A DNA stretch of 64,000 bases from Plasmodiophora brassicae. Its lineage: Eukaryota. Location: the NCBI GenBank assembly GCA_036867785.1, contig CP145410.1, positions 1,116,001-1,180,000 on the forward strand. Reading direction: 5' to 3'. Below, one piece after another: positions 37,297 through 49,974 of this stretch. The notes below the pieces were generated by a model. The model was given only the letters and a program-made list of their open reading frames with translations. It had not been told where the DNA came from and made no database searches. Positions within the stretch are counted from its first letter, which is position 1, and every line of letters begins with the position of its first letter. The position numbers and the translations under genes were made by a program.

Positions 37297-39203
37297 CTAC
37301 GTTAGTTTCTGTGGAGGAGGGTGCTTGCGATAGTAGAGCAGGTCGCCGAAGTCGTGCATCGTGTTGACGACTTCCTTCTGGAACGTGGTCCTCGCTACGT
37401 AGTCGAAATCGGGGAACGGCGGGTACTTGTTCTTCGACGCGGCCGCTTCTGGGGATTCGACGTACTCCGCGTTGACGATGGTGGTGCTGGGGACGAACGG
37501 CGGCACGAGGTGCTTGCGCTCGAGGCGGACCCAGTCGAATCCTTTGAAGAACTCGTGGTTTTTCACCTCCTGGGCCCCGTTGTGTCCCAGGCGCACGTTC
37601 GGATCCATCTGCAGCATGGCTTGCACGAACGACTTGGCGGTCTCGTCAACGTTATCTGGCCACGTCATCTCTCTTAACGCTGTCTCGAACATTCCCCTCA
37701 ACAACGTCGTCTTTCTTCGGCGCATCGTCTCCATCTGCTTCTTCTTCTCGATGTCGGCCAGCGCCGTCTTCATCGACGACGGGCTGCCGGGATCGCCGCC
37801 GCCCTCCTTGTCGCCGCCTGCCTCTGCGATCGGAATCGCCGCCGCCATTGGCGACTTGGTCCTGGTGTCTCTGCGGCTCATGGACGACTTTAGATTCGTG
37901 AGCTGGCGGATCGACCGGGTCAGGATCGACGACACAATGCCCTCCTTCGGTTTGTCCTGTTCGCGCCATATCTTCGTGAACGGGTTCCGATTTGTCAGCA
38001 TCTTGTAGGTGCAGACGCCCAGAGCCCACCAGTCCACCTCGAACCGGTACCCGCTTGTGCACTGCTCTGGTGCCATGAATGACCGCGTCCCACAATGCTC
38101 GAACAGCTGTTGACCGTCGGGAACCGTCGAGCACAGACCCAGATCAGCGAGCATGACAAAACCTGTTGAACCATTAGCATCGTGCAGTGATGCGTCCCCA
38201 GGCCGATCGACAAACCGTCAGCATCGAGCAGGACGTTCTCGAGCTTCAGGTCCCGGTACACGATCGACATGCTGTGCAAGTGCTCCAAAGCGAGCGTGAT
38301 GCCGGCGACAAAGAACCGCACCCAGTTGCCGGGGAACTTGCCCCTGTTATGCAGGTGGTACTCCAGCTCGCCCCCCGTCACCAGATCCATGACAAAGTAC
38401 AGGTTCGTTTTGTCCTGGAACGCGTAATGAAGACCGACAATGAACGGATGGTTCACGCGTGTAAGGAAATGCCTCTGATACCATGGTCGGTACGTGAAAC
38501 GCGGCTGAAGAACACCCGACCTCACCTCATTCTGCAGCAAGCGTTCCCGTTTGCGCTCATACACCTTGTCCTTGCTCATCTCCTTACAGGCGTACATCTG
38601 CCTGGTGTCCAGCTTCCTGGCGGCGTAGACTTTTCCGAATCCGCCCTTGCCGAGCACGCGAATGAACTCGAAGTCTTCGCGACAGACAGTCATGGTTTCC
38701 TTGGCACGGAACGCGAGCAGGCGCGAATAGTATGGACTCCTCAGGAATTCAGGGAACACATCCATGAGCAGGTCCCGCTGGACGCTGAGCTTGACGGACG
38801 CAAAGATGTCGATGTCGTCGGCGCTTGTCGCGACTCGCTGAAGGATCACGTCCCGGCTAGACTCGGGAACAGTGACGGCCGACAGCGACGTTCTCCTTAG
38901 GTATTTGTTGATGATTCGGTTCCGGACGAACCCCCGGTACCGGCCGATGGGGAGCTCGTCGAACTCGCCGACCTCCTGGAGGAACATGGCCATGTCCAGG
39001 CAGTTGGCGTCCCGTAGGAAGTGGTTAAAGAACACGTTGCCCAAGGGTTCCTGGAGGATAGCGTCGAGCGTCTCGCTGACGCGCATCTGGGCGACCTCTG
39101 CCTTGCTGACATCGGGGACAGTCAACGCGATCTCCACCTGGCCCTGCTGGCGCAACGCGAACAGGTACGTCTCGTTCTCGGCGAACTGCTGTATAATCTC
39201 CAT
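37297..39203 (-). CDS. GPCR-kinase-like protein (RGS/RH domain plus AGC kinase), 3 exons
   Basis: N-helix MEIIQQFAENETYLFAL; RGS-like LDAILQEPLGNVFFNHFL...FPEFLRSPYY; kinase LGKGGFGKVYA, YACK, YRDLKLENVLLD, DLGL, CGTRSFMAPE, DWWALG, PPFVP. Confidence 0.85.
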
Positions 39204-39424
39204 GCTGACGACCGCCTAGCACGTCCAGCCGCTGGACGGCAGCGACGCTCAACGTCGTCTATAACGTCGATCGTTGGCTGTACTGGTACACTTCGGGGTT
39301 GTTAAACAGACGCCGTACTGGGTGCGACGACTTTCCAACAGTTGAACTTTATTGTGAATAAGAGAAACGCCTGAGTGAGGAGACCTTGACAAGGCAGGGC
39401 ACGCTGCGGGATCCTTATCAGTTA

Positions 39425-42400
39425 TCACTGAGGAGAGCCCACTGGTTCCGGTGCCACTTGATTTGACGCAAAGGCGTAGGAGGGCACCTTGTACTTTTCC
39501 GGAGGCGTCTCGGATCCACTGAGTGCCTTCGGGGTCTGGTCTTCAGGGACTGTGTGCTGCGCCTCTTTCTGTTGCTGGCCAGCAGTGTAATGCGTTTCAG
39601 TCTGTAGCTGTGCGGTCCCACTGGCGACCGCCATGATCTTCGGGACGAACAAGATTAATAGCGTCGCCGTTGTCGCCAGGAAAATGGCGAATCCGCTCAG
39701 CAGCAAGGACGCGTCTGGCTGCCCTGGTTGGATAAACCCGAGGATCGGTATGACCATCACCTGAGTGCGATTGTCAGCAATCGGGGCGCCTCTGGCTGGC
39801 ATAGGCGCAGGCGGTGCGTTACAGATATCAATCCGCTCGTGTAAATCGCCAAGCCGATCTGTTTGCTGTCATTCAATGCTGCAAACGACGTTCAGCAGAG
39901 GCACCCTGTCGAACTATGCGAGTCGCCTCTTTGACCTGGGATATTAACATGGGATGTTTTCAGGGCGAGGGTTGCTCCGATACCAATCAGGAGCCCCTAA
40001 AGTAACAGAATGAGATCGGCAACGAGGCCCTTCTTGGCCTCGGTTACCTTGTAGACGTAGATCGTTGTCAGGAAGGTTCCCATATTCGTAGACGTACAGG
40101 ACAGGACGAACGGGTAGACGATCGAGTTGGATGGGTCGGCCGGGTTGGGATACGAAGGCAGTGTAGTCGAGACGGTGGTGATCGGCCAACTAGACATCCA
40201 GACGACCAAGATGATGGAGTCCACGAATAGCAGCACCAGCACATAGGACAGTAACTGCCAGTTCCTGATCTTGACGATACGCATCTCGCCACTCCCAAAG
40301 ATCTGTCAGCAACGCCGTCATTCGTTGTCGCACGAGGGGTCACTTGGGGTGGCAGTAGGCGGTACCATTGCGACTCGGTAGGTTTTGGAGAACAAGACGC
40401 CGAACGACAGGCTGAAGCTGATGGTCAGCAAGACAATACGAGCCGTGCAGTTGTGGGCATAAGCGTTTGCGTCTGTGATGGTTCCAGACAGAGCTAGCAG
40501 GATCTGGCAGAGGTAGGCGATCATGCACCCGATGATGATGATATCATTGAGGACGGGCGTTGACATCTTGATGTACCGCAAGTTACGATAGTACACGTTG
40601 AACCTGGTTGAAAGTTAAAGACAAGCAGCCGATGGGCACCGCAGTAACTAACGTTAGAATCCCCAGAGCGGTTACGATGCCGAGGACACCGAAAGCGATC
40701 ACAGCGCCAATTGCACCCGACGACGGTCTCAGCTGAACGTCTACCGGAACAGGAAAGGCCACCGGGACCGTCGTTCGTCCTTCAGCGAACACGAACGGCG
40801 CCGATTGTTCGACAGAGGTATCGGTGACAGCGGCGGCTGAGACCCAAGCCAATGTTCCGTCTCCCTGTTTCTGCACGTTGTATAACGAGTACGAGCCCAG
40901 CCTATCCCCGTTCGCGTCCATCACAATTGTCCCGGTCTTCGATAGCGAGGTTCAGACTTTCATCCATGATCGACTGGCTTAGGCGGACGTACCGTCCCGT
41001 TCATCGTCGTCTGTCGTATCCACTGGAGGACATTCGCACGCGTCCAGGGAACGGCAGCCTGATCCATTTTGTACAGCGTGTAGAACCCCAGCTGGATTGC
41101 ATCGTACAGGAACGCACTGGTGTCCGGCATAACGGGGTTCCCGAGCGATGGATCGCTGTTATAGTTCGCGGTGAACTTCGCCGACATGGCTCGGAATGCA
41201 GGTAGCGTTTCGTCCACGTAGCCGCCCGTTGCAAGGATGCCTTCGAAGATCGACGGGTCCATCCAGCCCGAGATACCGTCCGAGCCCAGCCACACGTACT
41301 CGGACGTTGTCAGGCCGAGGCGTGCGGCGACAGTTAGAACGGTCCTGGCGTCATCCGACAGCATCGGCATGACGATAACACGAACGCCAGTGGACAGTCT
41401 GGGAGCGATTCTCAGCAAACCTCGCAGGTGTCCTTCGAACAGCCATACTACATTCGTTGCAGTTGATCGGTGGGATCAGCGGCATTGGAGAACTGGATGG
41501 CCGTCGCCACCGTAATGTTGCGAATGGCGGCCTCGCGGACGAACACATTCATCAGGGACGACCCGTACGTGTCCGATGTGCTGCGAATAATGCTGTCAGT
41601 ACAGCGGTCAGATTCCCAATGTCAACGGGTACCTGATGGCGCAAACAATCTTCCATCCAAAGTGCTCGACGACTTGGGCCAGCGCCTTTCCCTGGAAATT
41701 GTCTTCGAACACGTATGTCAAGCAGGGTGCTCCGATTGTGACCCAAACGGTGGACCTGGTGGGAAGACACGGGAGAATGTCCCGTACAGGGTCTTGTCAG
41801 ACAGCACTGGGGATGACGCCCATGGCGATATCTGCACGTGTCATAAACGCGCCAGGCGTGCGCTTGTGATGAAGCCTCACCATTGGTAGTCCGTTAAGGT
41901 TGGCGAGATGGGCGAACATGAGCTACGTGAAACGCCAACATCGTCAATTGGTTATCGGATAGGCAATCTATGACTTGTGTCTTACAGCTTGCGAGCTGTA
42001 CGAGGAGCCTAAGAGAGTACCAGACATCAATATCGCACAGACTGTCGATCGATGCCTTCCGCATGCATTACCGATTAGAATGGGAACGCGCGGTGGAAGC
42101 GCCATGGAGTCGTTCGTGAGCGCGGTGCAGAAGAACGCCTTCGTGGCCTGCAAACCGTCGTAGTTTGAGTCCTGCCTGTAGGCCGTTGGTGTTAACAACA
42201 GTTCGAGATGGAGCGATGGCGGCGATAGATTACCATCTGATACGTACAGTTTTACCTGGAAACCACCCTTTTGCCTGGACATCGTCAACGGCAATTTCGA
42301 CGATCCTCCTTCCAGCGTCCTCGTCTAAATTATTAACGAGCGCGAGTTCGACGACTTGTGCAAGTGGCAACGGGGGCATCTGGTCGCACGGATATGTCTG

Positions 42401-42645
42401 GCCTGCACGTATTCAACATTTATGGGCTTGGTAGGGATTCCGATTCGGAGCCAGGGATATTTACAGCAGGTCTGATTAGCAGGCGTGATCCACTGACAAG
42501 GGTTGGCTTCTGATCAAGATGTTCATTCGCCACGGTACGTGTCAACGGACAGGATGGTGACTCTCGTACCACAAGCGATCTGTGCAACCGCAGTCGTCAT
42601 CGCTATTGCCCACGTGACGACGACCGCATACGTCCATGAGGACAT
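39425..42645 (-). CDS. Class C (GABA-B-like) GPCR, paralogue 1
   Basis: Signal peptide MSSWTYAVVVTWAIAMTTAVA; Venus-flytrap motifs (SPVLSDKTLYGTFSR, YVWLGSDG, MDANGDRLG); 7TM IKMSTPVLN, FGVLFSKTYRV, LFVPKI. Confidence 0.88.
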
Positions 42646-43109
42646 ATCGACGTTGGGCCACGATTGCCCTTTGCTGGTTTCTCCTAGGTGAGAAGAGTGA
42701 TCGTCACACTGACCAGCAGCCATACAGAGAGACACATCTCATAAGGCAACGGGAGATTGTAAATATTCACAGGTTTCTTGTGAGGCTGTGACTGGCGTGA
42801 TAGTGTGACTGGCGTGAACCCAGACAGTCGAAACCCCGAAATCGTCAAGGCCCTGGGCCAGGGACCAAGCAGGCGTACGTCTGGCGTACCGCTGGCTCAA
42901 AAAATTCGTCGCAACGGTCGTGCCGAACGCGCTTCGGGTTTCGTGGCCGATTCATTTCGATTCTGTTGATGTCCATCTTCCGAACGCCGATACGTTTCGG
43001 ACCGCAGGGCGTTTCCGATCGAACCACTGCGCAGTTGATCGTGGCGCTATCGGAGCACAACAATGATATCATGTTGGGTGCCATCCCCCGTCATAGATAA
43101 GTGCCACCA

Positions 43110-43300
43110 GATCCAATTCACACCATAACATTTGCAGACGGAGTTCGCCGTTGAGTCGATGCTGTTCTGGGCGGCCGTCCGCAAGTTCCGATGTGAGTTC
43201 ACGAGGGACGAGCGCGGGATGGCGGCCGCGCAGTTCACACGACAATAGATAGTTGCCCGGAGGGCGTTTGAGACAATTCTGAACGCAGCGTCCCCGAACC
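43110..43300 (+). pseudogene. Decayed RGS-domain fragment
   Basis: LQTEFAVESMLFWAAVRKFR...QFTRQ*IVARRAFETIL resembles RGS EFS.ENL.FW.AV..FR; flanked by in-frame stops. Confidence 0.55.
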
Positions 43301-43498
43301 GAATCGTTAGGTTGGCGGCGGACCACAAGCCGAGACCTGCGCGCTCGCCATCCGGTCGTCAGCCCACAAACGGCATGGTTTTCTTACACTTCCAGGCCAG
43401 GTCAATGCGGAATGCAGTGCTTTATTCATATACTTCATTTTGAAACCAAACTGGAAAATCAGAACAGCAGTGCGACATCAGATTGGGGTGGGGCTCGG

Positions 43499-46400
43499 TC
43501 ACTGAGGCGCGGCGGTTGGTTCTGGGGCGACTTGGTTCGATGCAGGAGTGTTCATGGCCACCTTGTATTTGTCAGGGGTCCTTGCTCCATCGGGAGACGT
43601 CTTCGATTCCTGGCTCCCGGCCGTGGTGCGGTTTGGTTCATTCTGCAGGTCGGTATGGTGCGTCTCCGTCTGCTGCTGTGCGATTCCTGAGAATACGGCA
43701 ACGATCTTTGGTACGAACAAGATCAGAAGCGTCGCCGTCGTCGCCAAGAAAATGGCGAACCCGCCCAGGAGCAGCGACGCATCTGGCTGGCCAGGCTGAA
43801 TAAACCCAAGGATCGGTATCACGATCACCTGAATCGAAGAGTCAGCAAACTTGGTGATCTGTAGAAGGAACCGAGCAGCGATTTACAGATATCAACCCGC
43901 TGGTGTAGATTGCCAGGCCGATCTGCCTACTGTCGTTCAACGCTGTAACAGACGATCAGGGTCGAGTTGCGAACTGTGGAGCGGGCATCACCTGGAATGT
44001 TCACGTGGGACGTTTTCAGGGCGAGGATTGCTCCAACACCAACGAGGAGCCCCTACGAGCTGATGAGTTTTACAGCCAACACCCTGTGAATTTCAGGTAC
44101 TTTGTAGACGTAGATTGTCGTCAGGAACGTGCTCATATTGGTCGAGGTGCACGACAGGACGAAAGGGTTGATCAACGAGTCGGAGGGGTCGGCCGGGTTG
44201 GGATAAGAAGGTAACGTCGTCACGACGGTGGTGATCGGCCACGTGGACATCCAGACGACTAGTACAACGAAATCGGCTAGTAACAGCACGATCACGTAGG
44301 ACAATAGCTGAGAGTTCTTGATCTTGACAACCCGCATCTCGCCGCTCCCGAAGATCTATGAGCAATGCGTCACTTCACTGCTTGCCGATGGACTACTTCT
44401 GGTGGGTACCATTGCGACTCGGTAGGTTTTGGAGAACAGGACGCCGAAGGACAGGCTGAAGCTGGTCGTAAGCAAGACAATACGAGTCGTGCAGTTGTCG
44501 GCGTAGGCCTTAACGTCAGTGATGCTCCCTGACACTGCTAGCAGGATTTGGCAGATGTAGGCGACAATGCAGCCGACGATAATAATGTCGTTGAGGATCG
44601 GCGTTGACATTTTGATGTACCTTAAGTTGCGATAGTAGACGTTGAACCTATGCGGGTCAACGTTAAACAATGGAGGACGCAGGATAGATAATTGACTAAC
44701 GCAAGGATTCCGAGCGCGGCAGCAATGCCAATTCCGCCTAGAGAAACCATGGCTCCAACTGCCGCCGACGATGGCCCGAGTTGGACGCTCATCGCGATAG
44801 GAACGGCCACCGGGACAGTCGTTCGACCTTGAGAGAACACGAAAGGCAGCGTTTTCACGATATTAGTTTGATAGACAGTCGCGGCGGCGACCCATGCCAG
44901 CGTTCCGTCTGGCTGCTTCTGAACATTGTACAGCGAGTACGCTCCCAATCGGTCGCCATTGGCGTCCATTACAATTGTCCCCGTCTTCACGAAAACATGG
45001 ACTCAACAACTCATCCGGAAACGATTTGCACATGGAGCATACCGATCCATTCATCGTCGTCTGTCGAATCCACTGGAGGACGTTCGTGCGGGTCCAGGGC
45101 ACCCCGGCCTGATCCATTTTGTACAGCGTGTAGAACCCAAAGTGAATCGCATCGTAGAGGAATGCACCGGTATCCGCGAGAACAGGGTGCCCAAGGCCTG
45201 GATTACTGTTGTAATTCGCAGTGAATTGCGCCGTCATCTGTTGATAAGCGGTGGTGGAATGGTCCACGAGACCAGAAGTTGCAAGTACGCCTTCGAAGAT
45301 CGACGGGTCCATCCAGCCGGCGATGCCGTCTGTGCCCAGCCAGACGTACTGCGAAGTTGTCATGCCGAGCTTGGCAGCGACAGTGAGAACGGTCTTGGCA
45401 TCACCCGATAACATCGGCATGACTATGACGCGGACACCTGTGGACAATCTGGACAATAATTGCCTTCAGTGACTAGGTAGTCGAGTGACTGGAATAGTCG
45501 CGGTACATTCGCTGGAGCTGGTCGGTTGGATCAGCGGCACTGGAGAACTGGATGGCCGTTGCCACCGTTATGTTGCGGGTGCCGGCTTCTCGGACGAATA
45601 CATTCATCAGGGACGACCCATAGGTGTCCGAAGTACTGTCCCAAGCCGCCAGTGAGATCAGCAGGTTTCCTCAAGGTCGGCACGACTACCTGATGGCACA
45701 GACTACATTCCATCCGAAATACTGGACGGTTTGTGCAAGCGCTTTTCCCTGGAAGTTGTCTGTGCAAAGGTCTTTTCAGACACAATGTTCCCTGGAGAGA
45801 CTATGGAAGACGAACCGGGAGGAAACATGCGGGAGAACGTTCCGTACAAGCTTTTGTCGGACAGCACAGGTGATGTTGCTGTTGGCGAGATCTGTGCAGC
45901 GCACCTAAGGCGATGGATGGCCGAATACGTGAAGCGTTGCGTTACCATCGGCAGGCCGTTCAGATTAGCAAGGTGTGCGAACATAATCTATCCAGGGTAC
46001 CATCAGTCTCGTCAGTTAGATCATATTAGTTAGGCAGTATGAGGAAAGTCTACCGCTTGTGAGCTGTACGAAGGGCCTAGAGAAGGGAAGGTCACTAAAA
46101 CCCCAATGACGGACCATTATTACGGATTACCGATCAGCACAGGGACTCGCGGTGGAAGGTCCATCGAATCGTTGGTCAGAGCGGTACAGAAGAAGGCCTT
46201 GGTCGCTTGCATTGCATTATAATTTCCGTCCTGCCTGCAAGCCGCCGTTTAAGCCAGTGCCCGGCTTTATCGCGTAGGTGAACCTGCTAACCATCGCACG
46301 CGTACGGTTTTGCCTGGGAACCACCCTTTGCTTTGTACATCGTCAACTGCAATTTCGACCATCCTTCTTCCGCTGAACTCGTCTAAATTCTGCACCAACG

Positions 46401-46709
46401 CGAGCTCGACAACCTGAGAAAGCGGCAATGGTGGCGCCTGATCGCACGGATAGGTATTGCCTGAACAAACAATATATAAGCCGGAACACAGGATTCGGTT
46501 CGACGTAACGATCTTGTTACAGCATGTCTGGTTCACGGGCAATCCCGGCGTGAGCCGCTGACAAGGGTTGCTTTCTGATTATAGTACTCTCCCCATCAGT
46601 GCAATTCGCACATGGAGGGGGCTGACTTATTACCGCAAACGATCTGCCCCGCTCCTATGACCGCTGACGCTATCCAGATGCCGGCGAAGACGTACGTCCT
46701 TGTCGACAT
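43499..46709 (-). CDS. Class C (GABA-B-like) GPCR, paralogue 2
   Basis: Signal peptide MSTRTYVFAGIWIASAVIGAG; same exon layout and high protein similarity to 39425-42645. Confidence 0.88.
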
Positions 46710-47051
46710 GAGGAACTCGAAAGTGGTTAACCTCGTGGCTCACCGGGTGATTAACGACTGTACGCAGGTCCGACATTAACAGTGCTCGTCACAGTGAACA
46801 TCGGAGAGAGTGCCAACTGCTGCATTTGTACACAATTGAATTTCGGGACCCAACCAGCCCGCATACGCTACCGACTGGGCGCCAGCCTAACGCCACAGAA
46901 TCAACGACGACAATCTACTGTTTGTTCAGACAACAGTTAACCCGCGTTCATCAACAGCACTCAGAACCTGAGTCAGGGTGACCTTTTCGGAGGACGGCCT
47001 ACTGGGCTCAACAAGCAATGCGTGTATTCGTGTCTGACATCTGCAACGTCA

Positions 47052-47455
47052 TTATTCGTCTGCTCGGTCCATTGCATGGTCATCGCCATCTGCATCTTCT
47101 TCAGGAATGCCTCGAATATATAGGACATTGTTGCATCTAGTCAAGGTTGTTCAAATCCACAACAATACGAATGCCACCGATGGCGACGTTACCTGATAAG
47201 AATCTCACCGAGATTCTCTGCAAATTTAGAATCGATCCACTCTTCGGTGCTGGCCAGCTGAAGATTCATATACGCGTCGGTGGACACCAGAAACCCGCGG
47301 TACTCCATGCCCCACTTCAATTTCACGGCCACCGGCTTCCCCGTCAGATCCGCCAGGAACGGTTTCGGATTGACGATCTACATCCCACATCGCCCATCAG
47401 CATCGATCGATCCCATCCCTGCACGGCCGGCCGTCCGTACCTGCGGCGCCGACAT
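47052..47455 (-). CDS. SNRPF: Small nuclear ribonucleoprotein Sm F (3 exons; absent from the ORF track)
   Basis: Manual splice: [54 protein letters not shown]...[16 protein letters not shown]. Confidence 0.93.
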
Positions 47456-47624
47456 CGTCACCAAAATCCGCCGGTACGGACTTCCCAACAACAACACCAT
47501 CACCCCGTGCCACGCATGCAGCCTCAGAGACGGAACCTGCACGAAGCGTGCCACGGTACAGTACACGCTGCGCAAGTAGGAGGACCACAAGCAGATATAT
47601 CCGGGCTGACCAGCGGCACATCGT

Positions 47625-48407
47625 TTATTTGCCCTGCGTCCACCATGGTCGATGCTCGTCACGGATATCGTATTCCTTCCTGGAGAATTCCTTGTCGTTC
47701 GTGTCGCACAGCAGGGCGCAGAGGAATCCGGCGACCGAGTCGCCCTGGAACAGCCTGCCTTCGTCGCGCATTCGGCGGAAGTCAACGACTCGTGGCAAGG
47801 TCTCTTCGGAGGTGTCCAGGATCGACGCCATCATGGGCGTGTCGGCGCATCCTGGCCGTGCGCTACCGACCGCAATGCCCATTGGCGCCAGCTCGTCCCG
47901 CAGACAGAGGTATGCCATGTGCAATGCGGCTTTGGAGACGCAGTAGGCGCCCAGGCCCGCTTGAGCCCGATGCGCAGCGCCAGACGAAACGTGCAGGATA
48001 CGGGATCCGCGCGCCATCTTTGGCAGCAACTTGGACGTCAGCAGGATCGGCGCCACACAGTTCGTGTTCATGACATGAGATAGACCCTGTTCGGACGCAT
48101 CGGCAAGCGTGCCAAACGGTTCCGCAGTGCCTGCGTTATGGACCAGGTACATGACGATACCGTCTTCTGGGATCTGCTTCGCCAAACGATCCCGATCCTC
48201 GGATGAGGTGATGTCGCCAACGACGCCGATCATCGTGGCGGATTCGCGGGCGCCGCACAGCCGGACCGTTTCTTGGATCGGCTCCGGTCGTCGCCCAATG
48301 CCGATCACGTTGACCGAGCGCTTCGTACAAAGGTCAATGCACAGCGCGCGCCCGATTCCCGAACCAGCACCTGTCACCACCGCCCATTTCGTCGGTTCCG
48401 CCGCCAT
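47625..48407 (-). CDS. Short-chain dehydrogenase/reductase (sepiapterin/benzil reductase-like)
   Basis: TGAGSGIG, HNAG, VSSGAA, YCVSK, PGCADTPM; single exon. Confidence 0.9.
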   Translation of the reverse strand: MAAEPTKWAVVTGAGSGIGRALCIDLCTKRSVNVIGIGRRPEPIQETVRLCGARESATMIGVVGDITSSEDRDRLAKQIPEDGIVMYLVHNAGTAEPFGTLADASEQGLSHVMNTNCVAPILLTSKLLPKMARGSRILHVSSGAAHRAQAGLGAYCVSKAALHMAYLCLRDELAPMGIAVGSARPGCADTPMMASILDTSEETLPRVVDFRRMRDEGRLFQGDSVAGFLCALLCDTNDKEFSRKEYDIRDEHRPWWTQGK

Positions 48408-48563
48408 CGCCTATTATAAACGCGACGTCCCCGAATGCGCGCCTTCCCCAACGGTTGGCCGCTCGGGCCGTCCAACATATCATGCCACTTTGCTCCTTGC
48501 GCTGCTCAGAAGGGCAGCCGGTGACGAGCGCAGCCCACTGGAGCCAGTTGGACCGAAGACAGG

Positions 48564-49219
48564 ATGGGCATCGAGTCGACGTTGTTGCCGACGAGGTTCT
48601 TGCTGACAACGGTCCATCTGATGGCAATCCTGACGCTGTTCAACTCCAAGGTCGGGTGCCGGCCGCGGATCGCGTCCGCGTTGTTGACCAGGGGGTTTGG
48701 CTTCAGGATGCAAACATTCGTGCCGCATTGCCGATTTCGTATACGACGGTACAGTACTCCAGCATGAATAACCAGTCAGAGCGCATTTATGGCCGATCAA
48801 GGCTAACGTTAGGACTGAGGGGGCGTATTGTAGGATGTTGGCCGCCCTGTGGATAGCCGTTGTCTGCTTCATCGTGGAGTACCTTGGCATGTTCAGCGGG
48901 GTATCGATCATGAAGCATGCACACAACTCCTTCTGTATGCGCATTCGCCAGTACATGCGGTTACCCATCAACTGAGTGCCTGTCCCACTTGGAGACGTCG
49001 TTGCGCACTTCATTGGAGCCATTCTGATTGCATCGTTCGCACTGGAGTCCTGGAACATGTTGGCGATTTGGTATGTCGTCATCCCTCTCAGGTCGATCGT
49101 CAAATCCTTCGCTTGCATGCCAAACGCGACGTTGATTTTCACACAGCCTCGTACCCGCACTTCTCGAGGCGTCGGTGCTAGCCCAAACTGTTCTTTATGG
49201 CAGCCTCCAATACATGTGA
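48564..49219 (+). CDS. TMEM107: Ciliary transition-zone transmembrane protein 107-like
   Basis: LLPTRFLLTTVHL..., EYLGMFSGVSI, AHFIGAILIASFALESW, SLVPALLE; four hydrophobic segments. Confidence 0.8.
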
Positions 49220-49411
49220 GAAACGGCATCTCTTCTTAAATACGCATCTCGTCGTGGGGCAGGTGCATCGTTGCTTGGGTTGCACTTTGTATCGGCACCG
49301 CCGCGGCTAGCGTTGCGGATATAGCACCGTGCCCTAATATTCGTGCACGGAGTCCGCCACGGTGTTGCGCACGAAGCCTGTAGAGCGGGAGGAGTCCGGT
49401 GTACCGCGATC

Positions 49412-49842
49412 ATGGTGAAGGTGAAGGCTCACGAAATCCGCTCCAAGAGCAAGGATGATCTGCTGAAGCAGCTCGATGAGCTGAAGCACGAGCTTGCTCA
49501 GCTTCGTGTCGCCAAGGTGTCTGGAGGACCGGCTTCGAAGCTGACGAAGATGTACGCTCCGCACTGTCGTACTTCAATGAACCGTTGCTGACTGTATGTG
49601 CTCTTCGTAGCAAAATTGCTCGCAAGAACATCGCTCGTGTTCTGACGGTCTACAACCAGACGCAGAAGCAGCACCTGCGGGAAGAATACAAGGACAAGAA
49701 ATACAAGCCTCTTGACCTGCGCCTGAAGAAGACGCGGGCGTGGCGCCGCAAGCTGACCCCGGCGGAACTCGCCATCAAATCGAAGCGACAGAAGTCGCGC
49801 GAGTCTGCGTTCCCGATTCGCAAGTACGCCCTGATGGCGTAA
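49412..49842 (+). CDS. RPL35: 60S ribosomal protein L35 (uL29)
   Basis: [36 protein letters not shown]...IARVLTV...[17 protein letters not shown]; one intron. Confidence 0.97.
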
Positions 49843-49974
49843 TTTCGATCTAGACGCGTTCCCGTTCCGTAAATCAATACATTGTTGATCAATGAACGCA
49901 GGCGTACCGCCGACACCGATATTTAGTATGGGGCGCGTGCCGATTCACAATCGCGGGCATTGTTACCGCGAACC

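Noticed and set aside
47147-48073. 308-aa + strand ORF
   Set aside because: Antisense to the well-supported SmF and SDR genes.
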